Positions 47,266 to 57,293 of a DNA stretch of 64,000 nt are shown here, one piece after another (the first letter of the stretch is position 1; the number at the start of each line of letters is the position of its first letter). Both the position numbers and the translations under genes were made by a program. The notes under the pieces were generated by a model, which had not been told where the DNA came from, did not search any database, and was given only the letters and a program-made list of their open reading frames with translations. Origin of the DNA: Planctomycetota bacterium (GTDB lineage Bacteria; Planctomycetota; J058; JAJDCQ01); contig JAJDCQ010000090.1 of assembly GCA_029260755.1 (NCBI GenBank), forward strand, positions 23,588 through 87,587. Reading direction: 5' to 3'.

Positions 47266-48636
47266 GTGACGAATCCCCAAGACATCCCGTTCCCTGGTCC
47301 GAGCTCCGGCGGCGCGCACACGGGTGCGCGCCGCCGGAAGCTCGCGGCCTTCTTTGCGTTCGGCCTTCGGTGGTCGGCGCGACTCGGCGTGACGGCCCTG
47401 GGCCTCGCCGTCGCCGCGTGGGTCTTCTCGATCGTCGTGATCGCCCGCGGCGACGACCCGCGTGAGGTCGCGGCCTGGGCGTGGGCGTGGCTCCGGGGCG
47501 AGCCGGTCCTCTCCTACGGCTACCGCTCGGGCAGGGGAACCCTCGTTCGCGCGTGCGGGTCCGCAGGCTCGGAGTCGGCCGTGGTCGTCGGTCTTCGCTG
47601 GCTCGAGCGGCACCAGGATCCCGACGGCAAGCGCTGGGATCCGCTCGGCTGGCGCGATCGCTGTCGCGCCGACCCGTGCCGAGCTCGCCCCGACGCTCCG
47701 CCCCACACGAGCTTCGCCGAGGACGGGGAGCCGGCGATGGCCGTCGCGATCAACTCGCTCGGCCTCCTCTCGATTCTCGCCGAGGGCCACACCCACCGCT
47801 TCGGACGCCGCAAGCGAGCCGCTCGAAACGTCCTGCGTTGGCTGCGCGACCGCCAGCGCGCCGACGGGACGATCCTCCTCGACGCGAGCGCCGCGCCCCC
47901 GACCGGCCTCGACGCGCTCGGGCACGCCGTCGCGACGGCTGCGCTCGCCGAGACCTACGCCATGAGCCGCGACTTCACCCTGAAGGTGCCGACCGGGCGC
48001 GCGGTCACCGCCCTCCTCGCGCTCCAGGCGAAAGACGGCGGCTGGGGCGATCCCGACGCGGGAAGCGACCTGCTCACGACGGCCTTCGCGACCCTCGCCT
48101 TGCGGACCGCGATCGTCGCCCGGCTCGACGTGCCCGAGGAAGCGCTCCTAGCCGCCGCGGCGTTCGCGCGAAGCGACGACGTCGCCGTCGCTCCCGAGGT
48201 CCCGCTTCACCTCCCCGAGGGCGACGGCGACGACCGCGCCCTCGAGCTCGCCACCCGGCTCTCGATCCGGCTCGACGCCAGCGTGCGAGGTCGCGGCGAC
48301 GACCGGGAGGCGAGCTGGCGCGCGCTCGTGGCGACGCGTCCGGTCGCCGCCGCGGGCGAGGGCGGGGCGATCGATCACCGGACCTGGTACTTCACCAGCC
48401 GGGTCGCCGGCCTGCTCCGTCGCCCGGGAACCCACGCCTGGTTCCGCGACGTCGAGGCGGAGCTCCTCGAGCGACAGCACCTGAACGGCTGCGCCGACGG
48501 GAGCTGGGACCCGGCTGGCCGCTGGGGCCTGCTCCTCGGGCGGACCGGGACGACGGCGCTGGCCTCGCTCACCCTGTCGAGCCGTCCGCGATGCTGGGGC
48601 GGATCCTGCCGCCAGGAGCTGCCGGCGGGCGAGTGA
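47266..48636 (+). CDS. degenerate third paralog of the squalene-oxidase-repeat family (membrane anchored)
   Basis: Starts 22 nt after paralog 2. TM FFAFGLRWSARLGVTALGLAVAAWVFSIVVI. Retains LRWLERHQDPDGKRWDPLGWRDRCRADPC and later repeat positions, but aromatic residues are largely replaced by R/A. Confidence 0.55.
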   Translation: MTNPQDIPFPGPSSGGAHTGARRRKLAAFFAFGLRWSARLGVTALGLAVAAWVFSIVVIARGDDPREVAAWAWAWLRGEPVLSYGYRSGRGTLVRACGSAGSESAVVVGLRWLERHQDPDGKRWDPLGWRDRCRADPCRARPDAPPHTSFAEDGEPAMAVAINSLGLLSILAEGHTHRFGRRKRAARNVLRWLRDRQRADGTILLDASAAPPTGLDALGHAVATAALAETYAMSRDFTLKVPTGRAVTALLALQAKDGGWGDPDAGSDLLTTAFATLALRTAIVARLDVPEEALLAAAAFARSDDVAVAPEVPLHLPEGDGDDRALELATRLSIRLDASVRGRGDDREASWRALVATRPVAAAGEGGAIDHRTWYFTSRVAGLLRRPGTHAWFRDVEAELLERQHLNGCADGSWDPAGRWGLLLGRTGTTALASLTLSSRPRCWGGSCRQELPAGE

Positions 48637-48924
48637 CGCCCACCGTCACCAAGTAGCTCGATCCGAGTCACTTCCAGGAGTCCGGAGAGCGGGAGCGAGG
48701 GCGCGTGCTCTTCCGCGGCTTTCTCCTTGCCCGCCGTTCGAGGTTCGGGTAAGCTCCGGGCTCATCGAACGATCCGGCCTCCGGGCCTCCCCTCGCAAGC
48801 TCCGCGAGGGTCGAGCCGCCGGCGCCGGTTTGCCTTGCTGTCCCACGACCGATGATGACCCGGCGACGCGACGTCGCCATCGAAGCCGGCGAGGGACGTC
48901 ACCGACGGAGCGCTCGGGATCCGA

Positions 48925-51900
48925 ATGTCCTCGGACGATCAGGCTGACACCCCAACCACGATCGACGCACCCCTCATCATCAAGACCGACGCCATCTCCC
49001 TCGACGCCATCGATCAAGATGCCGTCAAGGTGATTCGTCGGCTCCGGCGTCACGACTTCGACGCCTACCTCGTCGGGGGTTGCGTTCGCGACCTGCTCCT
49101 CGGAGTCACCCCGAAGGACTTCGACGTCATCACGAGCGCCCGCCCGCGCCAGGTCCGCCGGCTCTTCTCGAACAGTCGCGTGATCGGGCGCCGCTTCCGG
49201 CTCGTGCACGTCATCTTCGGCGACAAGGTGATCGAGGTCTCGACCTTCCGCGCCGATCCGGCCGCGTTCCTCGCCGACAACGACGACTCCACCGACGGCG
49301 AGGCGGCCGACTCCGCCGATGCCCCCGATGTTCCCAAGGCCGCCGATCCCGACGACGACGTCCCCGAGACGAGCGCCGCCGGAGACGAGGCGCCCGAGCA
49401 GACCGAGGCGCCCGAGCAGACCGGCGCGACCGACGAGGCCGATCCGGGACGACGCCGCGAGAAGCCCGAGCCCACCTCGACCACCGACGACGAGAACCCG
49501 GAGAGCGAGGCCGACGACTGCGACAACGACGACGAGCCGCCGCCGCCGCCTCGACGCAAGACGCGCGGCCGAGGACGCCGCGGGCCGCGGTCCTCCCGCG
49601 ACGAGGGCGCGCAGCCGGTCGTGAAGGGACAGCCGGTCGCGTTCGTCTCCCCCGGGCTCGCCGACCCCGCCGACGAGGTCGAGGCGGTCGAGGAGGAGGA
49701 CGAGCTCGATCCGGACGACAACTTCGGCAACCGCATCGACTACGACGCCCCCCGACGGGACTCCGGCGACCGCGATCGAGGCCGCGGGCGCGGTCGGGGT
49801 CGCGGCCGGGGACGCCGCAGCGGCCGGCGCCGCGACGGCGACGACGACGGCGGCAGCCGCCGCCGGGACGCAGACGGCGACGACGGCGCTCGCCGCCGCG
49901 AGCGCTCGAGCAGCGCCGATCGCCCGCGCGTGCGCGAACGCTCGGGCGGCCGCGACGCGTCGACCGGAGGCGACGAGGGCGCGTCGCGTCGGAGCGAGTT
50001 CGAGCTCAACAACATCTTCGGCACGCCCGAGCAGGACAGCAAGCGCCGCGACTTCACGATCAACTCGCTCTTCTTCGACCCCGAGAGCCGCGAGATCATC
50101 GACTGGGTCGGCGGCCTCGACGGCCTCGAGAAGCGAATCGTCGTTCCCAACCGGAACCCGTGGGAGAGCTTCCGCGAGGATCCGGCTCGCATCATCCGCG
50201 CCCTGCGCTTCGCCTCGCGGCTCGAGATGGACTTCGAGCCCGAGACCCGGCGCGCGATCCTGGCCCTCCGAGGCCTGCTCGCCGAGTGCAGCCAGCGTCG
50301 CCTGCTGGAGGAGATCTTCAAGATCGTCGCGAGCGAGACGTGCGCGAAGTTCGTGAAGATGGCCGTCGAGACCGGCGTGATGGACGTGTTCCTCCCCGAG
50401 GTTGGCGCGTGGCTGCACCGGCGCGCGGTCGAGGAGCTCGAGATCCCCGATCCGGCCGCTGCCGACGAGAGCACCGCCGCCGACTGGACCGATCCGCGCC
50501 CGACCCCACGCGAGGAGATCGCGATCGAGCGGCTCGACAGCGCCCTCCCGACCCTGCCCGCGCTCGTCCAGCGGCGCTCCGCCGAGGAGCTCCAGGACAT
50601 AGACCGATGGGGCACGCCCGAGAACCGCGCCGGGCGGCTCGCCTCGTTCTTCGAGTCCGGCCTCGTCGCGGATCCGCTCCCGACGCGTCCGGGCTGCAAG
50701 GGCATCCCGATCACCGAGCTTCCCGAGATGTTCGAGATGCGGTGGCGCGCCGAGGATGACCCCGAGGACCAGGTCCTCGACGACCTGACCGAGGCGAGCG
50801 GCTTCGGACGCAGCGTCGGCCTTCGTGAGCTCGGGATCGAACCCGCGAGCTCGCTGACCGAGCGGGATCGGGCGATGCGCCGCCACGAGGGCCGCGACGA
50901 CCTCGAGGAGGGCGAGGCGCTGGCGGCGGATCCCCGCCTGCCGCGAACGCCCGAGGTCAGCGAGGTCGAGGGGGTCGACCCCGAGCGGTTCGCGCTCCTG
51001 CTCGACCACCTCAATGGCCTCGACCGGCTCGTCCACGCGAGCGTCGAGATCAGCCAGGCGTTCCAGCTCACGATTCTCTACGCCAACCCGCTCCGCGAGG
51101 CGCTCGACCTCGCCGAGGCGGCCGACGAGAGGATGAGCCCGGAGCTGCTCATCGACGACCTGATGCGTCCGGTCGCGGTCCGCCACAGCCTCGCCCGGCG
51201 CGATCGGGACCGGATCAAGCGTCTCGTCCTCGCGCTCCGACGGCTGATCAAGACGACCGGCGGCCCCGCGCCACGAAGCAGCCGCCGTCGCCGGGGGCGC
51301 GGTCGTGGGCAGGGTCGGCTGATCGCCCGCGACCACTTCACCGAGGCGCTCTACCTCCTCGCGATCCACGCCCGCGGCGAGGGCGAGGGGGCCGAGCAGC
51401 TCGCCTACTGGCTGCGCCGCGCGCAGAACGAGCGCGGGGGCAACGCCCGCGACGTCGTGACGCGCGTGCTCGGCGTGGCGGTGGTCGACCGCCCGTTCGA
51501 CGAGGAGGCCGAGGCCGAGGACGCCGCGGCCGACGCGGCGGCGTCCGCGTCGATCGACGGCGCCATCGACGACGACATCGACGACGAGCCCGAGGGACGC
51601 CGGCGCCGCGGACGGCGGAGGCGCGGACGGCGTCGCCCCGCGACGGACGAGCCGGCGACGACGGAGCCGAACGGAGAGGCGACCGACGAGGACTCGGACT
51701 CGGACGAGGACTCGGACTCCGACGACGACGCGAGCTCCGAGACCGGCTCCGAGTCGACGGCGCCCGGGGCCGAGCCGGGTGACGAGCGCGACGTCGACGG
51801 GGGCTCCGATGTCGACGACGACTCCGATGTCGACGACGACCTCGACGCGAGCGACGACGAGCCCGCGAAGGCTCCCCGACGCAAGGCGACCGCGAAGGCG

Positions 51901-52245
51901 AAGAGCAAGGCGAAGGCCAGGTCGAAGGCCAAGGCGACGAAGGCCAAGGCCAAGCCCGCGAAGGCGAAGGCGAAGGCGAAGGCCAAGGTGGCCAAGGCGA
52001 AGCCGAAGGCGGCCACCAAGGCGGCCAAGGACGACTCCGACGACGACGCCCCGCCGCCGGCCAAGAAGCGAGCGGCCGCCAAGAAGAAGCGCGCGCCGGT
52101 CAAGGCCGCCAAGAAGGCGCTCGCCCGCCCCCAGACCAAGGCGGCCGAGGCTGCCGACGATGACTCCGACGAGGACGGCGGCGGCGACGCCGACCGTCCG
52201 CGTTCCCGCGCCAAGCGCTCGCGCAAGCGGGCCGGCCAGAGCTAG
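48925..52245 (+). CDS. pcnB: poly(A) polymerase I-like nucleotidyltransferase (PcnB family) with large low-complexity insertions and KA-rich basic tail
   Basis: Head domain [31 protein letters not shown]...[22 protein letters not shown] matches PcnB. The core resumes at [25 protein letters not shown] after an insertion of about 250 aa that is D/E- and RG-rich. C-terminal [11 protein letters not shown]...[10 protein letters not shown] tail. Confidence 0.75.
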   Translation: MSSDDQADTPTTIDAPLIIKTDAISLDAIDQDAVKVIRRLRRHDFDAYLVGGCVRDLLLGVTPKDFDVITSARPRQVRRLFSNSRVIGRRFRLVHVIFGDKVIEVSTFRADPAAFLADNDDSTDGEAADSADAPDVPKAADPDDDVPETSAAGDEAPEQTEAPEQTGATDEADPGRRREKPEPTSTTDDENPESEADDCDNDDEPPPPPRRKTRGRGRRGPRSSRDEGAQPVVKGQPVAFVSPGLADPADEVEAVEEEDELDPDDNFGNRIDYDAPRRDSGDRDRGRGRGRGRGRGRRSGRRRDGDDDGGSRRRDADGDDGARRRERSSSADRPRVRERSGGRDASTGGDEGASRRSEFELNNIFGTPEQDSKRRDFTINSLFFDPESREIIDWVGGLDGLEKRIVVPNRNPWESFREDPARIIRALRFASRLEMDFEPETRRAILALRGLLAECSQRRLLEEIFKIVASETCAKFVKMAVETGVMDVFLPEVGAWLHRRAVEELEIPDPAAADESTAADWTDPRPTPREEIAIERLDSALPTLPALVQRRSAEELQDIDRWGTPENRAGRLASFFESGLVADPLPTRPGCKGIPITELPEMFEMRWRAEDDPEDQVLDDLTEASGFGRSVGLRELGIEPASSLTERDRAMRRHEGRDDLEEGEALAADPRLPRTPEVSEVEGVDPERFALLLDHLNGLDRLVHASVEISQAFQLTILYANPLREALDLAEAADERMSPELLIDDLMRPVAVRHSLARRDRDRIKRLVLALRRLIKTTGGPAPRSSRRRRGRGRGQGRLIARDHFTEALYLLAIHARGEGEGAEQLAYWLRRAQNERGGNARDVVTRVLGVAVVDRPFDEEAEAEDAAADAAASASIDGAIDDDIDDEPEGRRRRGRRRRGRRRPATDEPATTEPNGEATDEDSDSDEDSDSDDDASSETGSESTAPGAEPGDERDVDGGSDVDDDSDVDDDLDASDDEPAKAPRRKATAKAKSKAKARSKAKATKAKAKPAKAKAKAKAKVAKAKPKAATKAAKDDSDDDAPPPAKKRAAAKKKRAPVKAAKKALARPQTKAAEAADDDSDEDGGGDADRPRSRAKRSRKRAGQS

Positions 52246-52275
52246 CTAGGTCCGCGAGACCGAGAGGAAACGACG

Positions 52276-53148
52276 ATGTTCAAAGGCGTCCATGTCGCGC
52301 TCGTGACCCCGTTCCGGGATGGCAAGGTCGACCACGAGAAGCTCGGGGAGCTGGTCGAGTACCAGATCGCCACGGGCACGACGGGCATCGTCCCGTGCGG
52401 CACGACCGGCGAGAGCGCCACCCTGACCCACGACGAGCACGAGGCGGTCATCAAGACCGTCGTCGAGAAGGTCGGCGGTCGCTGCAAGGTGATCGCGGGG
52501 ACGGGCAGCAACAGCACCGACGAGGCGATCGCCCTCACGAAGTTCGCCAAGGACGTCGGCGCCGACGGCGCGCTCGTGATCACCCCGTACTACAACAAGC
52601 CGACCCAGCGCGGTCTCTACCGTCACTTCACCGCGGTGGCCGAGGCGGCGCCCGGTCTCCCGATCGTCCTCTACAACGTCCCCGGTCGCACCGGCGTCGA
52701 CCTCCTCCCCGACACGGTCCGCGAGCTCGCCGAGCTCGACTCGATCGTGGCGATCAAGGAGGCGACCGGCTCGCTCGACCGGACCTCGGACATCCTCCTG
52801 GCGACCGAGAAGATCGACGTGATGTCGGGGGACGACGCCCTCACGTTGCCACTGATGAGCGTCGGCGCCATCGGCGTCATCTCCGTGATCGCGAACATCG
52901 ACCCGACCGAGATGCTCGGCATGGTCAAGTCGTTCCAGGCCGGCGACGTCGAGCAGGCGCGGCGTCATCACCGCGCGATCTACCCGGTCGCGAAGGCGAT
53001 GTTCGTCGAGACGAACCCGATCCCGGTGAAGACCGCCGTCCGGATGCAGGGACGCATCAACGGAGAGATGCGGCTGCCGATGTGCCCGATGGAGGAGGCC
53101 AACGAGAAGAAGCTCGAGGCCATCCTTCGCGAGGCCGGGCTGCTCTAG
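52276..53148 (+). CDS. dapA: 4-hydroxy-tetrahydrodipicolinate synthase
   Basis: VALVTPF, GTTGE, YNVPGRTG, AIKEATG (Schiff-base Lys). Confidence 0.9.
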   Translation: MFKGVHVALVTPFRDGKVDHEKLGELVEYQIATGTTGIVPCGTTGESATLTHDEHEAVIKTVVEKVGGRCKVIAGTGSNSTDEAIALTKFAKDVGADGALVITPYYNKPTQRGLYRHFTAVAEAAPGLPIVLYNVPGRTGVDLLPDTVRELAELDSIVAIKEATGSLDRTSDILLATEKIDVMSGDDALTLPLMSVGAIGVISVIANIDPTEMLGMVKSFQAGDVEQARRHHRAIYPVAKAMFVETNPIPVKTAVRMQGRINGEMRLPMCPMEEANEKKLEAILREAGLL

Positions 53149-53170
53149 CGGCCCGCCGGCGATCGCCCGC

Positions 53171-54577
53171 GTGCCCGACCGCTACGAGGAAGCGGCCGCG
53201 TTCTACCGCGAGCGCATCCGCCGCGGCGTCGCCGGGCACGCGGACTTCCACAACCACGCCGTCACCTGCTACAAGCGGGGCGAGTTCGACCAGGCGCTCG
53301 AGAGCGTCCGGGCGGCTCTGGGCGCCGACGGGGACGTCAGCCAGACCCACTACCTCCGCGGCCTGATCCTCAAGGAGGGCGGGCGCCCCGAGGAGTCGGT
53401 CGCCGCGTTCGACCGGGCGATCACGCTCGAGCCCGACGTCGGCAAGGCGTTCTACCACCGCGGCACGGCGCGCTTCCTCGCCGGCGACGCCGTCGGCGCG
53501 GTGACCGACTTCCAGCGCGCCGTCGAGGCCGACCCGAGCAGCCGCGAGGCCCACTTCGACCTCGCCGTCGCCGCCGTCGGCGCCCGGCGGTGGGAGACGG
53601 CGCGCGAGGCGCTCATCACGCTCCTCGAGGTCGACCCCGGCGGACGGCGCGACTACGCCCGGCTCCTGTGCGAGATCGGCCGGGCGGAGGCGATCGAGGA
53701 GATCTACGGCCAGGCCCACCGGATCAAGAACCGGATCGGCCTCTCGGGCAACCGGATGCGGGCGCTCGCGAAGGAGGCGGCTGCCGCGGCGACCGAGCCC
53801 CTTCCGCCGCTCGGCAGGCTCGAGGCCGACGGCGACGACGCCGCCCCGATCGCCGCCGGCCCCGGCCGTCGCCGGCACGACGAGACGACCGGCCGCTTCG
53901 GGACGCTCGCCGCCGAGATCGAGGCGACCCGCGCCGAGATCGACCGCCTCTACTCCGAGATGAACGGGATGCTCCACGCGATCCGGCAGGAGCCGCTCGC
54001 CCGCGACCTGATCGGCCCGAACGAGCTGGTCGGACGCGTCCTCTTCGCCGCGAGCGCGGGCCTCGCGGAGATCGTCGTCGAGCGCGACCTCGACCCCGAC
54101 GTCCCCGACATCCTCGGCGACCCCTCCGCGATCGAGGAGGCGCTCCTCAACGTGGTCGTCAACGCGGGCGACGCGGTGCGCGGCCGGCCGGGCGCGAAGA
54201 TCGTCGTCTCGACCCGCGAGATCGACGAGGGCGAGCACGTCGCCTTCTCGGTCGCGGACAACGGCCCCGGGATCGATGGCGACATCCGCGCGATCTTCCG
54301 GTTCGGCTTCACGACCAAGGATCGGGGCAGCGGCGTCGGCCTGCCCTGGAGCGAGTCGGTGATCCGCGCGCACGGCGGACGGATCGAGGCCGAGAACCGG
54401 ACCGGCGAAGACGGCGAGATCGAGGGCGCGACCTTCCGGATCATCCTCCCGCTGAGCTCCGACGACGAGCTCCACGTCCAGACCCTGTCTCTGCGCAGTC
54501 TGCTGTTCGAGGACTTGCGTGACCTGGTCGTTCGGGAGGAGGGCGATCGCGAGGGCGCGGAGGGTCTGCGGCTTTGA
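53171..54577 (+). CDS. cytoplasmic sensor histidine kinase with N-terminal TPR repeats
   Basis: TPR-like repeats (AVTCYKRGEFDQALESV..., AFYHRGTARFLAGD...). H-box YGQAHRIKNRIG. HATPase N/G boxes (NVVVNAGDA; DNGPGID; GFTTKDRGSGVGL). No TM. Confidence 0.75.
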   Translation: MPDRYEEAAAFYRERIRRGVAGHADFHNHAVTCYKRGEFDQALESVRAALGADGDVSQTHYLRGLILKEGGRPEESVAAFDRAITLEPDVGKAFYHRGTARFLAGDAVGAVTDFQRAVEADPSSREAHFDLAVAAVGARRWETAREALITLLEVDPGGRRDYARLLCEIGRAEAIEEIYGQAHRIKNRIGLSGNRMRALAKEAAAAATEPLPPLGRLEADGDDAAPIAAGPGRRRHDETTGRFGTLAAEIEATRAEIDRLYSEMNGMLHAIRQEPLARDLIGPNELVGRVLFAASAGLAEIVVERDLDPDVPDILGDPSAIEEALLNVVVNAGDAVRGRPGAKIVVSTREIDEGEHVAFSVADNGPGIDGDIRAIFRFGFTTKDRGSGVGLPWSESVIRAHGGRIEAENRTGEDGEIEGATFRIILPLSSDDELHVQTLSLRSLLFEDLRDLVVREEGDREGAEGLRL

Positions 54578-54610
54578 GGATCTCGCGAATCTCACGATCC
54601 GAACGGGGAA

Positions 54611-54752
54611 CGATCCACAGATTTCACAGATTACACAGATTCGAGCTGCCAAAGGCGGTCGTTCCCTCACGCGAGCGAGCTCGTCGTTCCGGTCGCGGCC
54701 TCGGTCCGAAGCCGCGGCAGCAATCCGTGTAATCTGTGTAATCTGTGGATCG
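54611..54752. repeat. family-F palindromic element, copy 2
   Basis: CGATCCACAGATTTCACAGATTACACAGATT ... AATCCGTGTAATCTGTGTAATCTGTGGATCG. Confidence 0.8.
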
Positions 54753-54890
54753 AACCGATCAAGAGCGGAGCTGGTCGCGATCGAGAGCTGCTTCAGAGAC
54801 CCAAACGGCCCTTGAGCCAACGCCCCGCAGAGGCGACACTAGAGCTACCGCAACCCACCGATCGATCGAGACATCCGGAGATCGCGCACC

Positions 54891-56564
54891 ATGAGCACCA
54901 ACGGGGATCGAGCCTACGAGCAGGCGGAGAAGGCCTGGCGCGAGGCGGTCGAGAAGAGCAGCACCCGCGACGCGTGCTTCCGCACCCTCGGGGGCGAGGA
55001 GCTCGACCTCCTCTACCACCCGGGCGCCGACGCCGCCGACGGCGATGACTACACCGAGAAGCTCGGCTTCCCGGGTCAGTTCCCCTACACCCGCGGCGTC
55101 TACCCCAACATGTACCGGGGCCGCCTCTGGACGATGCGCCAGTTCGCCGGCTTCGGGACGGCCGCCGACACCAACGAGCGCTACAAGTACCTCCTCGAGC
55201 ACGGCCAGACCGGCCTCTCGGTCGCGTTCGACATGCCGACCCTCATGGGCTACGACTCCGATCACGCCCGGAGCGAGGGGGAGGTCGGGCGCTGCGGCGT
55301 CGCGATCAGCAGCCTCGCCGACATGGAGCGGCTCTTCGACGGGATCCCGCTCGAGGACGTCTCGGTCTCCATGACGATCAACGGTCCCGCGTCGGTGATC
55401 TTCGCCTTCTTCGTCGCCAACGCCGAGAAGCAGGGCGTGAGCCGCGAGCGCCTCGCCGGCACGACCCAGAACGACATCCTCAAGGAGTACCAGGCGCAGA
55501 AGGAGTTCCTCTACCCGCCGCAGCCCTCCATGCGCCTCGTCACCGACACGATCGAGTTCTGCGCCAAGGAGATGCCGCGCTGGCACGCGGTGTCGATCAG
55601 CGGCTACCACATCCGGGAGGCCGGCTCGACGGCGGTACAGGAGCTCGCCTTCACCCTGGCGAACGGCTTCACCTACGTCGAGCACGCCCTCGAGCGCGGC
55701 CTCGACATCGACGCGTTCGCGCCGCGGCTCTCGTTCTTCTTCAACAGCCACCTCGACTTCTTCGAGGAGATCGCGAAGTTCCGCGCGGCGCGCCGGATCT
55801 ACGCCAAGCGGATGCGCGACCAGTACGGCGCGAAGAACCCGCGGTCGATGATGTGCCGCTTCCACACCCAGACGGCCGGGTGCAGCCTCACCGCCCCGCA
55901 GCCCGAGAACAACATCGTCCGGACCGCGTGGGAGGCGCTCGCCGCCATCCTCGGCGGAACGCAGAGCCTGCACACCAACTCGCTCGACGAGACGCTCGCC
56001 CTGCCGACCGAGAAGGCCGTCAAGATCGCGCTCCGGACCCAGCAGCTCCTCGCGAGCGAGAGCGGCGTGCCGAACGTGATCGACCCGCTCGGCGGGAGCT
56101 ACTTCGTCGAGGCGCTGACCGACCGGATGGAGGAGGGCGCCGAGGCGATCTTCGCCCGGATCGCCGAGAACGGCGGCGTCGTGAAGTGCGTCGAGGACGG
56201 CTGGTTCCAGCGCGAGATCGGCGACGCGAGCTACCGCCTCCAGAAGGAGTACGAGGCGGGCGAGCGGATCACCGTCGGCATCAACAAGTACGTCGATGAG
56301 GAGACCGGCCCGCCGCCCGAGACCCTGCGCCTCACCCAGGAGATGGAGAACCGCCAGGTGGCGGCCGTCGCCGAGCTCAAGAGCAAGCGCGACGCGCAGA
56401 AGGTGAAGGCGTCGCTCGAGCGGCTTCGCGATGTCGCCCGCGACCCGAGCCGGAACACGATGCCGGCCCTCATCGACGCGGCGAAGGAGTACGCGACGCT
56501 GGGCGAGCTGACCGACGCGCTCCGCGACGTCTTCGGCGAGTGGCAGGAAGGCAACGAGTTCTAG
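54891..56564 (+). CDS. methylmalonyl-CoA mutase family, catalytic (N-terminal) subunit
   Basis: [44 protein letters not shown] and related blocks of the MCM catalytic domain. Confidence 0.85.
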   Translation: MSTNGDRAYEQAEKAWREAVEKSSTRDACFRTLGGEELDLLYHPGADAADGDDYTEKLGFPGQFPYTRGVYPNMYRGRLWTMRQFAGFGTAADTNERYKYLLEHGQTGLSVAFDMPTLMGYDSDHARSEGEVGRCGVAISSLADMERLFDGIPLEDVSVSMTINGPASVIFAFFVANAEKQGVSRERLAGTTQNDILKEYQAQKEFLYPPQPSMRLVTDTIEFCAKEMPRWHAVSISGYHIREAGSTAVQELAFTLANGFTYVEHALERGLDIDAFAPRLSFFFNSHLDFFEEIAKFRAARRIYAKRMRDQYGAKNPRSMMCRFHTQTAGCSLTAPQPENNIVRTAWEALAAILGGTQSLHTNSLDETLALPTEKAVKIALRTQQLLASESGVPNVIDPLGGSYFVEALTDRMEEGAEAIFARIAENGGVVKCVEDGWFQREIGDASYRLQKEYEAGERITVGINKYVDEETGPPPETLRLTQEMENRQVAAVAELKSKRDAQKVKASLERLRDVARDPSRNTMPALIDAAKEYATLGELTDALRDVFGEWQEGNEF

Positions 56565-56576
56565 GAACGACGAAAT

Positions 56577-56670
56577 CTCACGCAAAGGCGCAAAGGCGCC
56601 AAGGAGCTCCGCCGGATCCGGATCTCGGCTCGGAGCAGCGACCCTTTGCGTCTTTGCGCCTTTGCGTGAG
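56577..56670. repeat. family-A palindromic element, copy 5
   Basis: CTCACGCAAAGGCGCAAAGGCGCCAAGGAGCTCCGCC ... CCCTTTGCGTCTTTGCGCCTTTGCGTGAG. Lies between the two mutase subunit genes. Confidence 0.8.
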
Positions 56671-56759
56671 GTTTCTCTCTTCCGCTCGTTCTAGCGAGTC
56701 CCGAAGCGGGTCGCCCCGAGGCACGAGGGCGAGATCCGCGGAGAAAACGGGGAGCCCCG

Positions 56760-57179
56760 GTGTCCGAACGACCCATCCGCGTTCTCGTGAGCAAGTGCGG
56801 CCTCGACGGCCACGATCGGGGGGTCCGCGTCATCGCGCGCGCCCTCACCGACGGCGGCATGGAGGTCATCTACGGCGGGCTCCAGCAGACCCCCGAGATG
56901 GTCGCCGAGATCGCCGTGCAGGAGGATGTCGACGCCGTCGGCCTGAGCGTCCACTCCGCTGCCCACATGACCCTCTTCCCCAAGGTGAAGCGGCTCCTCG
57001 ACGAGGCCGGCGCGAGCCACGTCCTCCTCACCGGCGGCGGGATCATCCCCGACGACGACGCCCAGAAGCTGCTCGACCTGGGTGTCGGCAAGCTCTTCGG
57101 ACCAGGAGCGCCGCTCGAGGACATCGTCACCTACGTCCGCGACGAGGTCGGCAAGCGCCGGAGCTCGGACGCCCCCTGA
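56760..57179 (+). CDS. methylmalonyl-CoA mutase family, cobalamin-binding (C-terminal) subunit
   Basis: B12-binding Rossmann domain with the DxHxxG motif ([16 protein letters not shown]). Confidence 0.85.
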   Translation: MSERPIRVLVSKCGLDGHDRGVRVIARALTDGGMEVIYGGLQQTPEMVAEIAVQEDVDAVGLSVHSAAHMTLFPKVKRLLDEAGASHVLLTGGGIIPDDDAQKLLDLGVGKLFGPGAPLEDIVTYVRDEVGKRRSSDAP

Positions 57180-57210
57180 CGCCCACCCCGGAAGGCGATC
57201 GAAACACGAA

Positions 57211-57245
57211 GGCCCGGAAGCGTGAGCTTCCGGGCCTTTCGCATT
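57211..57245. terminator. bidirectional terminator-like hairpin between convergent genes
   Basis: GGCCCGGAAGC-gtga-GCTTCCGGGCC followed by TTTCGCATT. Confidence 0.5.
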
Positions 57246-57293
57246 GCTACTGACGGTTGAGAAGAGATGGAGATAGAGGGAGATGGTTGATTC

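Noticed and set aside
48646-51369. 907-aa minus-strand ORF antisense to pcnB
   Set aside because: Low-complexity R/G/A/V-rich translation typical of antisense frames in 70 % GC DNA. The plus-strand frame carries clear PcnB motifs.
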